A stretch of DNA of 64,000 nt from Candidatus Aenigmatarchaeota archaeon. GTDB taxonomy: Archaea > Aenigmatarchaeota > Aenigmatarchaeia > QMZP01. Shown in pieces: positions 37,582 to 46,161 of this stretch. The first letter of the stretch is position 1; each line of letters begins with the position of its first letter. The notes under the pieces were generated by a model. The model ran no database searches. It was not told the DNA's origin and saw nothing but the letters and a program-made list of their open reading frames with translations. Both the position numbers and the translations under genes were made by a program. The stretch is taken from assembly GCA_038999435.1 (NCBI GenBank), contig JAVZYR010000001.1, positions 1 through 64,000 of the forward strand. The letters are read 5' to 3'.

Positions 37582-37958
37582 TTTTTGCTTAATACCTCCA
37601 TTCTTTTCTTATCATCAAGATTTAGGCTTATTATTTTAAGATTAGATGCATTAATAGGTCTCAAAACCTCACTCCCATCTGCCTTTTTCATTTTAAGCCC
37701 TTCAATCCAGACCTTTGCATCTCTAAGGCTTATTCTTTCCACTTTTCCTTTAAATCCCTTTTTATCTCCAACCTCAATCTCAACCTCATCACCTTTTCTT
37801 AGTGGAAGTGACCTCCTGCCATATTTTTTTCTAAGTTCAGCTGAGAGATGCGCAGATACAAACTTTCTTCTCACATGCAATGGTGCGTTTGCTATATATT
37901 TTCTCTGCTTTCTTGGTTGTTTGCTACCCTTCCATTTATTTGACCATCTCCTTTTCAT
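37578..37958 (-). CDS. rpl24: 50S ribosomal protein L24
   Basis: SKQPRKQRK...APLH, LRKGDEV. Confidence 0.96.
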   Translation of the reverse strand: MKRRWSNKWKGSKQPRKQRKYIANAPLHVRRKFVSAHLSAELRKKYGRRSLPLRKGDEVEIEVGDKKGFKGKVERISLRDAKVWIEGLKMKKADGSEVLRPINASNLKIISLNLDDKKRMEVLSKK

Positions 37959-38353
37959 ACTACTATACTTGCAATTTTGCCTATTGCTGTAAACCTCTCA
38001 ACAACCTCCCTTGCAACAGGCCCTTTAATCATCGTTGCTTTTGGTTCAAACCTATCATCTACTAATACTGCTGCATTATCTTCAAATGAGATAGATATAC
38101 CATTTGGTCTTTTCCATACCTTTTTCTGTCTTATTATCACAGCCTTTACAACTTGATGTCTTATATTTTCATTACCCTTACTGACCCTGCATGTTACCAC
38201 ATCCCCAACACCTATTCTTTGTGCAAGCCTCCATCTTGTTTTTATAGTTTTAGCAGATATGATTTGAAGTTCTTTTGCCCCAGAATTATCAGCGCAAACA
38301 AGGTAGCTACCAACAGATAACCCACGAACCATTTTTGATGTCAAGGCTTTCAT
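37955..38353 (-). CDS. rpl14: 50S ribosomal protein L14
   Basis: CADNSGAK, FEDNAAV, IKGPVARE. Confidence 0.96.
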   Translation of the reverse strand: MKALTSKMVRGLSVGSYLVCADNSGAKELQIISAKTIKTRWRLAQRIGVGDVVTCRVSKGNENIRHQVVKAVIIRQKKVWKRPNGISISFEDNAAVLVDDRFEPKATMIKGPVAREVVERFTAIGKIASIVV

Positions 38354-38688
38354 TTTTGTCCCTCCTTTTCAATTTTTGCAACTATAACAAAATTTTTTGT
38401 TTTTGAGAGTGGTCTGCATTCGGCTATTAGCACATTGTCGCCTTCTTTTGCTTTTATGCAATCAGGGTTATGTGCGGATACTTTTGACCTCTTTTTTTCA
38501 AACCTTTCATATTTTGGAACCCAATGATGATACTCCCATTCAACTACAGCAGTCCTCATCATTCTTACCGACTTTACCCTACCTTCAAATATCCTTCCTC
38601 TTACTGATAGACTGCCATGCCAAGGACAGCGTGTATCCTTGCACACCTTTTCAGGCGGTTTGACATCTATACCTATCGATTTCTTCAT
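38350..38688 (-). CDS. rps17: 30S ribosomal protein S17
   Basis: CPWHGSLSVRG, ECRPLSKTKNFV. Confidence 0.96.
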   Translation of the reverse strand: MKKSIGIDVKPPEKVCKDTRCPWHGSLSVRGRIFEGRVKSVRMMRTAVVEWEYHHWVPKYERFEKKRSKVSAHNPDCIKAKEGDNVLIAECRPLSKTKNFVIVAKIEKEGQK

Positions 38689-38728
38689 AATGATTATGAA
38701 TTTATTTTATATTTAAGTTTGTGTTTTA

Positions 38729-39001
38729 TCAAATTTTCAAAAACCTCTTTTTTATTCTATCCTCTGGCCTTATCAAAAGTACCTTTCCATTAATCTTTAT
38801 CCATCTCTTTCCCACCTTAAATTCAAAAACACAATTTTCCTTTGGTATTTTTATAATTTTTCCTTTTGCATCTATACTAAACATATTTTTTGTTTCATCG
38901 ACTATTCTACCTTCAATCCCAACCCATTGTGGATTTGTACTCTCAACAACTTTAATGGACATTCCAATAAATTCGGTCTTTGCAATCTTCTCTATATTCA
39001 T
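38729..39001 (-). CDS. rnp1: RNase P protein component 1 (Rpp29)
   Basis: EFIG..IKVV.STNP...GIEG.IVDETKN, RPEDR; canonical position in the operon. Confidence 0.92.
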   Translation of the reverse strand: MNIEKIAKTEFIGMSIKVVESTNPQWVGIEGRIVDETKNMFSIDAKGKIIKIPKENCVFEFKVGKRWIKINGKVLLIRPEDRIKKRFLKI

Positions 39002-39303
39002 GTTATTTCAATTTGTTCTTCAGGAAAACCGAGTTTAATCAAAATACTCTTTATTTTTTCTTTATGATTTCCTTGTAACTCTATTGCATTATCCCTTATC
39101 GTGCCACCACACGCAAGCCTGGTTTTAAGTTCCTTAAATATCGGTTTTATATCTATCTCTTCTGATATACCCTGCACGATTGTTGCAGTTTTTCCGTATC
39201 TTCTTTGTACAGTAAAAACCCGTATCTTTTCTCTTTCTTTTGCCAATATTTCACAAGTACAGAGCTCCTTAGGAAGCCCACATTTGGGACAAATTTCAGG
39301 CAT
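38998..39303 (-). CDS. Translation initiation factor SUI1/aIF1
   Basis: ICPKCGLPKELC.CE, LKTRLACGGT, IELQGNH. Confidence 0.95.
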   Translation of the reverse strand: MPEICPKCGLPKELCTCEILAKEREKIRVFTVQRRYGKTATIVQGISEEIDIKPIFKELKTRLACGGTIRDNAIELQGNHKEKIKSILIKLGFPEEQIEIT

Positions 39304-39499
39304 GTCTTTGTTGTGACATATGCATCTTTATCCTTGCTATCGTCTTTCTTATTTCTTTTATCTTCCCTGGAGAAGAAACAGATGCGCCTACTGCTATATT
39401 AGCCCTTTCTTTTGCTAACTCCATCTCAAATTCAGCTAATTTAGCTTCAAGCTCTTTTGCTCCAAGCTTTTTGATGTCTTTATATTTTAAAATAGCCAT
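39296..39499 (-). CDS. rpl29: 50S ribosomal protein L29
   Basis: PGKIKEIRKTIARI; position after S3. Confidence 0.93.
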   Translation of the reverse strand: MAILKYKDIKKLGAKELEAKLAEFEMELAKERANIAVGASVSSPGKIKEIRKTIARIKMHMSQQRHA

Positions 39500-39525
39500 G
39501 GATATGAATTTTATTTATTTTATAT

Positions 39526-40191
39526 TTAAATTTCTTCTACCTCCTCTTTCTCTGCCTTTTCAACAACATCAATTAACATCTCTGCCCTTTCTTTGATTTC
39601 TTTTGGCTTTATCCTTTTCCCTGTTATATCTTCATATTCACACATTATCCTTACTTTTATCCCAATTTTACCAGGTTTTGTTTGTGCCTCTTCATATGCT
39701 TCATCAACAAGCCTATTTTTTGGCTCCCCACATATTTCAAGATGGCCCTTTCTGAATTTGGCAGTCATTGCTTTTGCCCCACCAAGTTTTCCTGAGAATG
39801 TTATCTCAACACCAATTGCACCAGCAGCCATAATCCTTTCAACTGCAAGGTTTCCAATCCTTTTGTAATTGAATCCTTTTTCTATTGCAGATGCTATCTG
39901 TTTTGCCATAATCTTTGCATCAAGGTCAGGGTTTTGGACAAGTTTAACATCTATTTGAGGATTTTCTAACCCAAATTTTTGTTTTATTGCATCTGTTATC
40001 TCTGTAATAGTTTTTCCACCTCTTCCTATAATCCTGCCTGGTTTGTCTGTCCATATCACAATCCTTATCCCAAGAGGGGTTCTTTGCAGCTCTGTTCGTG
40101 AATAGTCACCAACAGGAAAATTTTCCTTTATAAATTTCTCAACCTCAAGTTCCTTTATACCCTGATTTACAAAAAATGAATCTGTTTTCAT
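39526..40191 (-). CDS. rps3: 30S ribosomal protein S3
   Basis: TPLG, PGRIIGRGG KH motif, GVEITFSGKL. Confidence 0.96.
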   Translation of the reverse strand: MKTDSFFVNQGIKELEVEKFIKENFPVGDYSRTELQRTPLGIRIVIWTDKPGRIIGRGGKTITEITDAIKQKFGLENPQIDVKLVQNPDLDAKIMAKQIASAIEKGFNYKRIGNLAVERIMAAGAIGVEITFSGKLGGAKAMTAKFRKGHLEICGEPKNRLVDEAYEEAQTKPGKIGIKVRIMCEYEDITGKRIKPKEIKERAEMLIDVVEKAEKEEVEEI

Positions 40192-40571
40192 CTCTCCTCT
40201 AATACCACCTGAATGTGTGTCATTCTTCTTGTTTGTCCTCTTAACTTAAATCTTCTTGGCCTTCTTGCGGTCCAACCACGATGTGCAGATGCATGAACGA
40301 ATAGCCTTTCAGAATCAAGGCCTTTTGCTTCAGCATTTTTTTCAGCAGAATTTAAAAGCTCAAGTACAGAGCTTGCTGTTTTTGTGTAATATTTTCCGTT
40401 AAGCGAAGCCCTTTCGGATATCAGCTCATTGAGAAACTTCTTTGCTTTGTCAAGCCTGAGCCCAGTAATTGCCTTGCAGATAGCTACAGAATGTTTTGTT
40501 GATATACTTAATCCTCTACCATACGCCTTTGCAAAGTTTTTCGATTTTGGGGTATAGGCATATCTTAGCAT
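40188..40571 (-). CDS. rpl22: 50S ribosomal protein L22 (short)
   Basis: AKAYG...ISTKHSV.IC, SAEKNAEAKGLD, THIQVVLEE. Confidence 0.93.
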   Translation of the reverse strand: MLRYAYTPKSKNFAKAYGRGLSISTKHSVAICKAITGLRLDKAKKFLNELISERASLNGKYYTKTASSVLELLNSAEKNAEAKGLDSERLFVHASAHRGWTARRPRRFKLRGQTRRMTHIQVVLEER

Positions 40572-41068
40572 TACTTACCCTCCTTTTTCTGTGCTGTACT
40601 TGAACCAGGTTGTGCCTTTTTTCTTATCACACCAACACTTCTGCCTTTTCTAAAAGATGATCTGGTCCTCTGTCCCCTTACAGGCAGTCCTGCTGCATGT
40701 CTAACGCCACGATAGCATTTGATTCTTTTGAGTTCATTTATATCAAAACTTACAGCAAAATCGAGCTGTGAGCTTAAAAGATGTCTTGTTTGACCTGTTG
40801 GGTCTTTTCTTCTATTAAAAAGCCAAACAGGTATTCCATATTTTTCTGGTTGATGCAGCATATCCTCCAATTTTTTAATTTCAGCCTCATTTAGTTCAGA
40901 AAGCTTTTTCCCGTAAAAACCGCCTGCATGGGCTATAGCATTAGCAAATGAAAAAGATATACCTTTTATTTTCATTAAAGCCCGTGCTACATCTTTCTGT
41001 CCATCCAAATCCGTTTCGGCTAACCTTATTATTTCTTGCCCCTTTTCTTTACCAATCTGTTTTGCCAT
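40571..41068 (-). CDS. rps13: 30S ribosomal protein S13
   Basis: IIRLAETDLDG, IKGI, YRGVRH..GLPVRGQRTRS. Confidence 0.96.
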   Translation of the reverse strand: MAKQIGKEKGQEIIRLAETDLDGQKDVARALMKIKGISFSFANAIAHAGGFYGKKLSELNEAEIKKLEDMLHQPEKYGIPVWLFNRRKDPTGQTRHLLSSQLDFAVSFDINELKRIKCYRGVRHAAGLPVRGQRTRSSFRKGRSVGVIRKKAQPGSSTAQKKEGK

Positions 41069-41108
41069 ATTTGCTTATTATTTAAATTATTTTAAATAAA
41101 TAGTGACT
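41069..41108. promoter_or_regulatory. Symmetric bidirectional promoter between rps13 and rpl4
   Basis: Perfect inverted repeat ttatttaaa (41078-41086) / tttaaataa (41091-41099), giving a TTTAAA TATA-like box ~25 nt before each divergent ATG. Confidence 0.65.
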
Positions 41109-41912
41109 ATGAGATTTTCAGTTTACACCATTGATGGAAAGAGGACTGGCCATATAGATTTAGCCAGGCTTTTCTCAATACCCATTAGGGATGATGTCAT
41201 AAAAAAGGCTGTTCTGGCAGAGAGGGCAGCTGCGCGTCAACCTTATGGCCGAGATGAACTAGCCGGAAAAAGGACATCTGCACATTATCATGGTTTGAGG
41301 CATTATAGATGGACTATGATGAACAGAGAGATGGCAAGAATGAAAAGGATACATCATCAAGGCTATCTTGAATGGACAGCCCGGTTTGTACCACAGGCCG
41401 TTAAAGGTAGACTTGCACACCCTCCACTCGTAGAAAAAGTATGGAAACAAAAAATAAACAAAAAGGAAAGGATTCTTGCATTGTTATCTGCAGCCAGCGC
41501 GACAGCTATCCCTCAACTTGTAAAAAACAGAGGTCACAAATTAGAGAATGTTCAGCTACCAATTATAGTTGAGGATGACATTGAGGCTATAAAAAAGGCA
41601 AAAGAACTTGAGGCTTTTCTTAAAAAGATAGGGCTTGAACATGAAATAGAAAGGATAAGAAAAACAAAACAAAGAGCAGGAAAGGGTAAAAGGAGAGGGA
41701 GAAGAATCATAAAAAGAAAAGGGCCATTGATCGTCATAAAAAAGGATAGAGGGATAGGCCTAATTTCAAGTATTCCTGGTATTGACATAGTTAATGCAGA
41801 AAAGCTTACGGTATCGCATCTTGCCCCTGGAACAACACCAGGTAGGCTATGTATATGGAGCAAGGGGGCATGCGAGTTTATAGACAAATTAGGTGAAAAA
41901 ATAGGTGGTTGA
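41109..41912 (+). CDS. rpl4: 50S ribosomal protein L4
   Basis: IRDDVIKKAV, AGKRTSA, VPQAVKGRLAHPP, LAPG..PGRL. Confidence 0.95.
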   Translation: MRFSVYTIDGKRTGHIDLARLFSIPIRDDVIKKAVLAERAAARQPYGRDELAGKRTSAHYHGLRHYRWTMMNREMARMKRIHHQGYLEWTARFVPQAVKGRLAHPPLVEKVWKQKINKKERILALLSAASATAIPQLVKNRGHKLENVQLPIIVEDDIEAIKKAKELEAFLKKIGLEHEIERIRKTKQRAGKGKRRGRRIIKRKGPLIVIKKDRGIGLISSIPGIDIVNAEKLTVSHLAPGTTPGRLCIWSKGACEFIDKLGEKIGG

Positions 41913-41913
41913 T

Positions 41914-42177
41914 ATGGCAGGATTTTGGGAGATAATAAAATATCCACATCTGGTTGAAAAGTCAATAAACCTTGTAGAAAAAGAGAACAAACTCGTTTTA
42001 ATAATTAATAGAAGATACAACAAAAAAGAGATTAAAAAGGCTGTTGAAGATGAGTTTAAGGTTAAGGTCCTCTCTGTTCGAGTCCAAAATACACCAAAAG
42101 GTGTTAAAAAGGCATATATAAAATTAAGCCCTGAGCATTCGGCATCAGAGATTGCATCAAGGCTTGGTATGGTGTAG
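41914..42177 (+). CDS. rpl23: 50S ribosomal protein L23
   Basis: IIKYP..EKS...E.ENKL, KKAYIKL. Confidence 0.95.
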   Translation: MAGFWEIIKYPHLVEKSINLVEKENKLVLIINRRYNKKEIKKAVEDEFKVKVLSVRVQNTPKGVKKAYIKLSPEHSASEIASRLGMV

Positions 42178-42187
42178 GTGAGATTGT

Positions 42188-42850
42188 ATGGGAAAAAAGA
42201 TAATTGCACAAAAAAGGGGAAAAGGAAGCCCAACATACAGGGTACCTTCTTATCATTTTCAGCCAAAGCTCGAATTTAGGGATATAAATGGCACTGTTAC
42301 CGATATTGTAAATCATCCTGCAAAACTTGTCCCGCTTGTTCAAATCACATGGGATGATGCAAGAAAAGGATGGCTTCCTGCTCCAGAAGGGATTAAGGTT
42401 GGGGACAGGATTGGTGATTATGTTAAACAACTCAAAGACATCCCAGTTGGTAGTAAGATATTTGCCATAGAAATGAGGCCGAACAGTGGGCCAAAGCTTT
42501 GCCGGGCTTCTTCTGCATTGTTATTTTCAAAAGAAAAAGATAGCTGCATTATTAAGCTCCCATCAAGAAAGGATATATTTCTAAGCACATTGTGCAGGGC
42601 TATTATTGGAAATCCCGCTGCAGATGGAAGAAAAGAGAAGCCATGGATTAAGGCAGGAAAGAAGGCAATCGCAATGAGAAGAAGAGGAAAGTTCTATCCT
42701 GTTCCAACAGCAAGCCGTATGAACGCGGTTGACCATCCATTTGGTGGAAAGTCTGGTGTTGGCCGTTCTAAAACAGTATCAAGAACTGCACCACCCGGGG
42801 CAAAGGTTGGTTCCATTGCAGCAAGGAGGACAGGAAAGAGGAAAAAGTAA
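42188..42850 (+). CDS. rpl2: 50S ribosomal protein L2
   Basis: MGKKIIAQKRGKG, MNAVDHPFGG, PPGAKVG.IAARRTG. Confidence 0.96.
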   Translation: MGKKIIAQKRGKGSPTYRVPSYHFQPKLEFRDINGTVTDIVNHPAKLVPLVQITWDDARKGWLPAPEGIKVGDRIGDYVKQLKDIPVGSKIFAIEMRPNSGPKLCRASSALLFSKEKDSCIIKLPSRKDIFLSTLCRAIIGNPAADGRKEKPWIKAGKKAIAMRRRGKFYPVPTASRMNAVDHPFGGKSGVGRSKTVSRTAPPGAKVGSIAARRTGKRKK

Positions 42851-42882
42851 TAAAAATATAATAAAAATGTCAGGTGGTTTAT

Positions 42883-43263
42883 ATGCCAAAATTTGAATGG
42901 AGAGGAAAAACGGAGGATGAAATTAAGAAGATATCATTAGAGGAATTTATGGCGCTAATCCCTGCACGCGAAAGAAGAAGGCTGAAAAGAGGATTTACAT
43001 ATCCAGAGAAAAAATTGCTTGAGAGGATGAGGAAAAAACCTGAAAAATTTTTCAGAACAAAATGCCGATCTATGCCAATTATACCTGAGATGATAGGCAA
43101 AAAAATAGGCGTATATAATGGTAAAGAATATGTACCGATTGAGATAAGACCTGATATGCTTGGCCACCGCCTTGGCGAGTTTGTGCTGACAAGAAAGCCT
43201 GTCAAGCATTCTGCACCAGGTTTCGGTGCAACAAAATCTTCAAAGTTTGTACCTCTGAAATGA
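42883..43263 (+). CDS. rps19: 30S ribosomal protein S19
   Basis: [35 protein letters not shown]. Confidence 0.96.
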   Translation: MPKFEWRGKTEDEIKKISLEEFMALIPARERRRLKRGFTYPEKKLLERMRKKPEKFFRTKCRSMPIIPEMIGKKIGVYNGKEYVPIEIRPDMLGHRLGEFVLTRKPVKHSAPGFGATKSSKFVPLK

Positions 43264-43715
43264 GAAGGATAAGGAATAAGTTCAGAAAACCAAAGAGAAG
43301 ATGGGACAAGAAAGCGATAGAGGAAGATAGAAAGATAATGAAAGAATTTGGTCTGAGAAGGAAGAAAGAATTATGGGCTGCAAAAGAAATGCTAAGAAAG
43401 TTTAGACAGAGGGCAAGGGAACTAATTGCAGTAAAAGATAAGGAAAAAGAGAAGGCACTTCTTCACAAGCTTATAAAACTTGGCTTACTTAAAGAAGGGC
43501 AAGGGCTCGATGATGTCTTGGCTTTAACTGTGAGAGATTTGTTAGAAAGAAGACTCCAAACAATTGTATATAGAAAAGGCTTGGCAAACACACCAAAACA
43601 GGCAAGACAAATTGTTGTTCATGGTCACATAACAATTGCTGAAAGAAGGACAAATATACCATCCTATATGGTCGCTGTAGATGAAGAGGGTTTGATAAAG
43701 AGGAGGGAGAGATGA
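43260..43715 (+). CDS. rps4: 30S ribosomal protein S4
   Basis: [35 protein letters not shown]. Confidence 0.96.
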   Translation: MRRIRNKFRKPKRRWDKKAIEEDRKIMKEFGLRRKKELWAAKEMLRKFRQRARELIAVKDKEKEKALLHKLIKLGLLKEGQGLDDVLALTVRDLLERRLQTIVYRKGLANTPKQARQIVVHGHITIAERRTNIPSYMVAVDEEGLIKRRER

Positions 43716-44104
43716 CAAAAAAAGAAAGATGGGGGGTTGCACACATATTTTCTTCTGTGAATAATACAATCATACACATCACGGACCTGTCAGGTGCAGA
43801 GACAATCGCAAGATGCTCTGGTGGTATTATAACAGATAGAGATAAGGACAAGGGAACACCTTTTCCAGCAATACAAGCAGCAAAGCGTGTTGCAGAGGAA
43901 GCACTTTCAAAAGGGATAACAGGTGTGCACATAAAAGTTAGGGCCCCTGGTGGGATAAAGAAAAAGGTTCCGGGCCAAGGTGCACAACCTGCAATAAGGA
44001 CGCTGATAAGAATGGGGCTGAAGATAGGCAGGATAGAAGATGTTACACCAATACCTCACAATGGCTGTAGACCAAAAGGAGGAAGAAGAGGAAGGAGGGT
44101 ATAA
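43712..44104 (+). CDS. rps11: 30S ribosomal protein S11
   Basis: [34 protein letters not shown]. Confidence 0.97.
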   Translation: MTKKERWGVAHIFSSVNNTIIHITDLSGAETIARCSGGIITDRDKDKGTPFPAIQAAKRVAEEALSKGITGVHIKVRAPGGIKKKVPGQGAQPAIRTLIRMGLKIGRIEDVTPIPHNGCRPKGGRRGRRV

Positions 44105-44136
44105 TCTCTTTATAATATCAAAAATTGGAGGGCTAC

Positions 44137-45105
44137 ATGGCAAAGAGAAACAGACCAAGAAGAGGTTCAACTGCATTTTGGCCCAAAGGTAGAGCAAAGA
44201 GGATTTATCCAAGATTAAAATGCAAGATAGCAGAAGAAAAGGCAATACCACTTGGTTTTGCAGGATACAAAGCAGGCATGACCCGTGCAATCATCCTGGA
44301 TATGAAAAAGGGCTCTGCAACACACGGGCAAGAGGTTGTTAAGCCAGTTACGATTTTAGATATCCCATCATTAAATGTCATAGGGCTAAAATGTTACAAA
44401 AAAACAACAGATGGCCTGTCTGATAAGGGCATTATTTGGTGCGAAAAGATTGATGCTGAGGTGAAGAGGAAAATGTCAATCCCAAAAAATCCTAAGCCCG
44501 ATTTTAGCAGGCTTGAAGGCATTGATGATGTACGGCTCCTTGTTCAAACACAACCAAAAAATGCAGGAATTGGAAAGAAAAGGCCAGAGGTTTTTGAGAT
44601 ACCGCTCGGCGGTAAGCTTGAACAAAAAATTGCATTTGCAAAGGAAAAGCTCGGAAAGGAGATAAGGCTTGATGAAATATTTCAGCCAGGCGAGTATGTA
44701 GATGTGATTGCAGTGACAAAAGGCAAAGGTTTAGAGGGCCCTGTAAGGCGGTTTGGTGTAAAGATAAGACCAAGAAAGCATCAAGGCAAGCGAAGGCATG
44801 GTGGTGTACTTGGTGCAGAAAATCAGGGAAAGGTACTACCGGTTGTAATTCCAATGGCAGGTCAACTTGGTTTTCAGACAAGGACGGAATACAATAAACA
44901 GATACTTCAGATAGGTAAAGGAGGTATTCAACCAAAAGGAGGATGGCTTGGCTATTCTCCTGTTCCTGGAGATTATTTAGTTCTTGCCGGCTCTGTGCCA
45001 GGGCCAAAAAAGAGATTGGTTTTGCTTAGGAAGGCATACCGTGCCAAGGCCCCAGCAGCATTTGAATTAAAGAAAATCATTTTAGACAGCTTACAAGGGA
45101 AGTAG
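44137..45105 (+). CDS. rpl3: 50S ribosomal protein L3
   Basis: PRRGS.AFWP, GYKAGMT, TKGKG..GPV.RFG, GQLGFQTRTEYNK; SD before ATG 44137. Confidence 0.96.
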   Translation: MAKRNRPRRGSTAFWPKGRAKRIYPRLKCKIAEEKAIPLGFAGYKAGMTRAIILDMKKGSATHGQEVVKPVTILDIPSLNVIGLKCYKKTTDGLSDKGIIWCEKIDAEVKRKMSIPKNPKPDFSRLEGIDDVRLLVQTQPKNAGIGKKRPEVFEIPLGGKLEQKIAFAKEKLGKEIRLDEIFQPGEYVDVIAVTKGKGLEGPVRRFGVKIRPRKHQGKRRHGGVLGAENQGKVLPVVIPMAGQLGFQTRTEYNKQILQIGKGGIQPKGGWLGYSPVPGDYLVLAGSVPGPKKRLVLLRKAYRAKAPAAFELKKIILDSLQGK

Positions 45106-45141
45106 GTTCTTTTTATGAATTTTTTAAAAGGAGGTGATAAG

Positions 45142-45375
45142 ATGGTAGAGAAAAAAATTGACAAATACCACGATGTCGATATTTTAAGCATTAAATACAC
45201 AAAGCTTGTAGACCATAAAACCGGCGAAAGGCTTTCTATAGGATCTGGTTGGACATACGAAGAATCTGATGAAAAGGCACTAGAAAATCTGTATAACAAA
45301 CTTCACGAAAAATTAAAAAATAATTTATTAGTTTCTTTGATACTTTCTTTTTATCCAAAGCCTATTGCCCAATAA
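45142..45375 (+). CDS. Hypothetical small protein
   Basis: Strong SD ggaggtga before ATG 45142; no recognised motif. Confidence 0.5.
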   Translation: MVEKKIDKYHDVDILSIKYTKLVDHKTGERLSIGSGWTYEESDEKALENLYNKLHEKLKNNLLVSLILSFYPKPIAQ

Positions 45376-46136
45376 CTCACGACAGAGCCCATATCACCTG
45401 TGACATCACCTGATGTACTAGAATGCAGGATTTTTGCCTTTAACCCGAGCCGTTTTGCAAATGCAATCACAACAGCAATGCCCGCATAACCACAAACCGA
45501 GGCATCGATTTCCTCAAGTACATCGAAAAGGCCTTTTGCATCAAGCCCTTTTATTTTTTCTATTGTTTTATTATCCTTTTCTGTCGCAATGTCAATAGGT
45601 AGATAATGGCTAAAATCAGATGATGCGATAAGCCCAACATCATATCTTGCAAGCATCCTACCAAGTTCGATACACTGCTCTAGAAGCTCATCAGAATAGT
45701 CGATATTTATTATAGATATCGGCACAATCCTAAAATTTTCAAATCTATATTTCAAAAATGGCAACTGTACCTCAATTGAATGTTCATTTGCATGTGCGCT
45801 CTTTTCATCCTTCAAAAATTTCAGTCCTAGTAATTTTTTAATCAAATCCTCATCAGCCTCAACCTTGCCAAGTGGAGTTTCCCATGCATCACTACATGTG
45901 CTAAAATCAGGTCCAATGCCCTGATGGTTTGGACCAATAATAACATATGTGTTACTTTTTTTAAGAGCAGCAATTGCATGCGCACATGTCTTCCCAGAAT
46001 ATACATAGCCTGCATGTGGGCTTATAACAGCACGACATGCTGCAGGCTTTGTATCAGAAAAAAATTCCTTTAGCTGTGCCTTTAACAAAGATGGTTGGGC
46101 AGGATAGAATGCACCAGAAAATACAGCCTTCCTCAT
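45351..46136 (-). CDS. MEMO1-family protein (AmmeMemoRadiSam protein B)
   Basis: G.FYP, PHAGYVYSG, GPNH, EHSIEVQLPFL, SSDFSHY. Confidence 0.93.
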   Translation of the reverse strand: MRKAVFSGAFYPAQPSLLKAQLKEFFSDTKPAACRAVISPHAGYVYSGKTCAHAIAALKKSNTYVIIGPNHQGIGPDFSTCSDAWETPLGKVEADEDLIKKLLGLKFLKDEKSAHANEHSIEVQLPFLKYRFENFRIVPISIINIDYSDELLEQCIELGRMLARYDVGLIASSDFSHYLPIDIATEKDNKTIEKIKGLDAKGLFDVLEEIDASVCGYAGIAVVIAFAKRLGLKAKILHSSTSGDVTGDMGSVVSYWAIGFG

Positions 46137-46161
46137 ATTAATAATTAACTCAGGATAAAAA

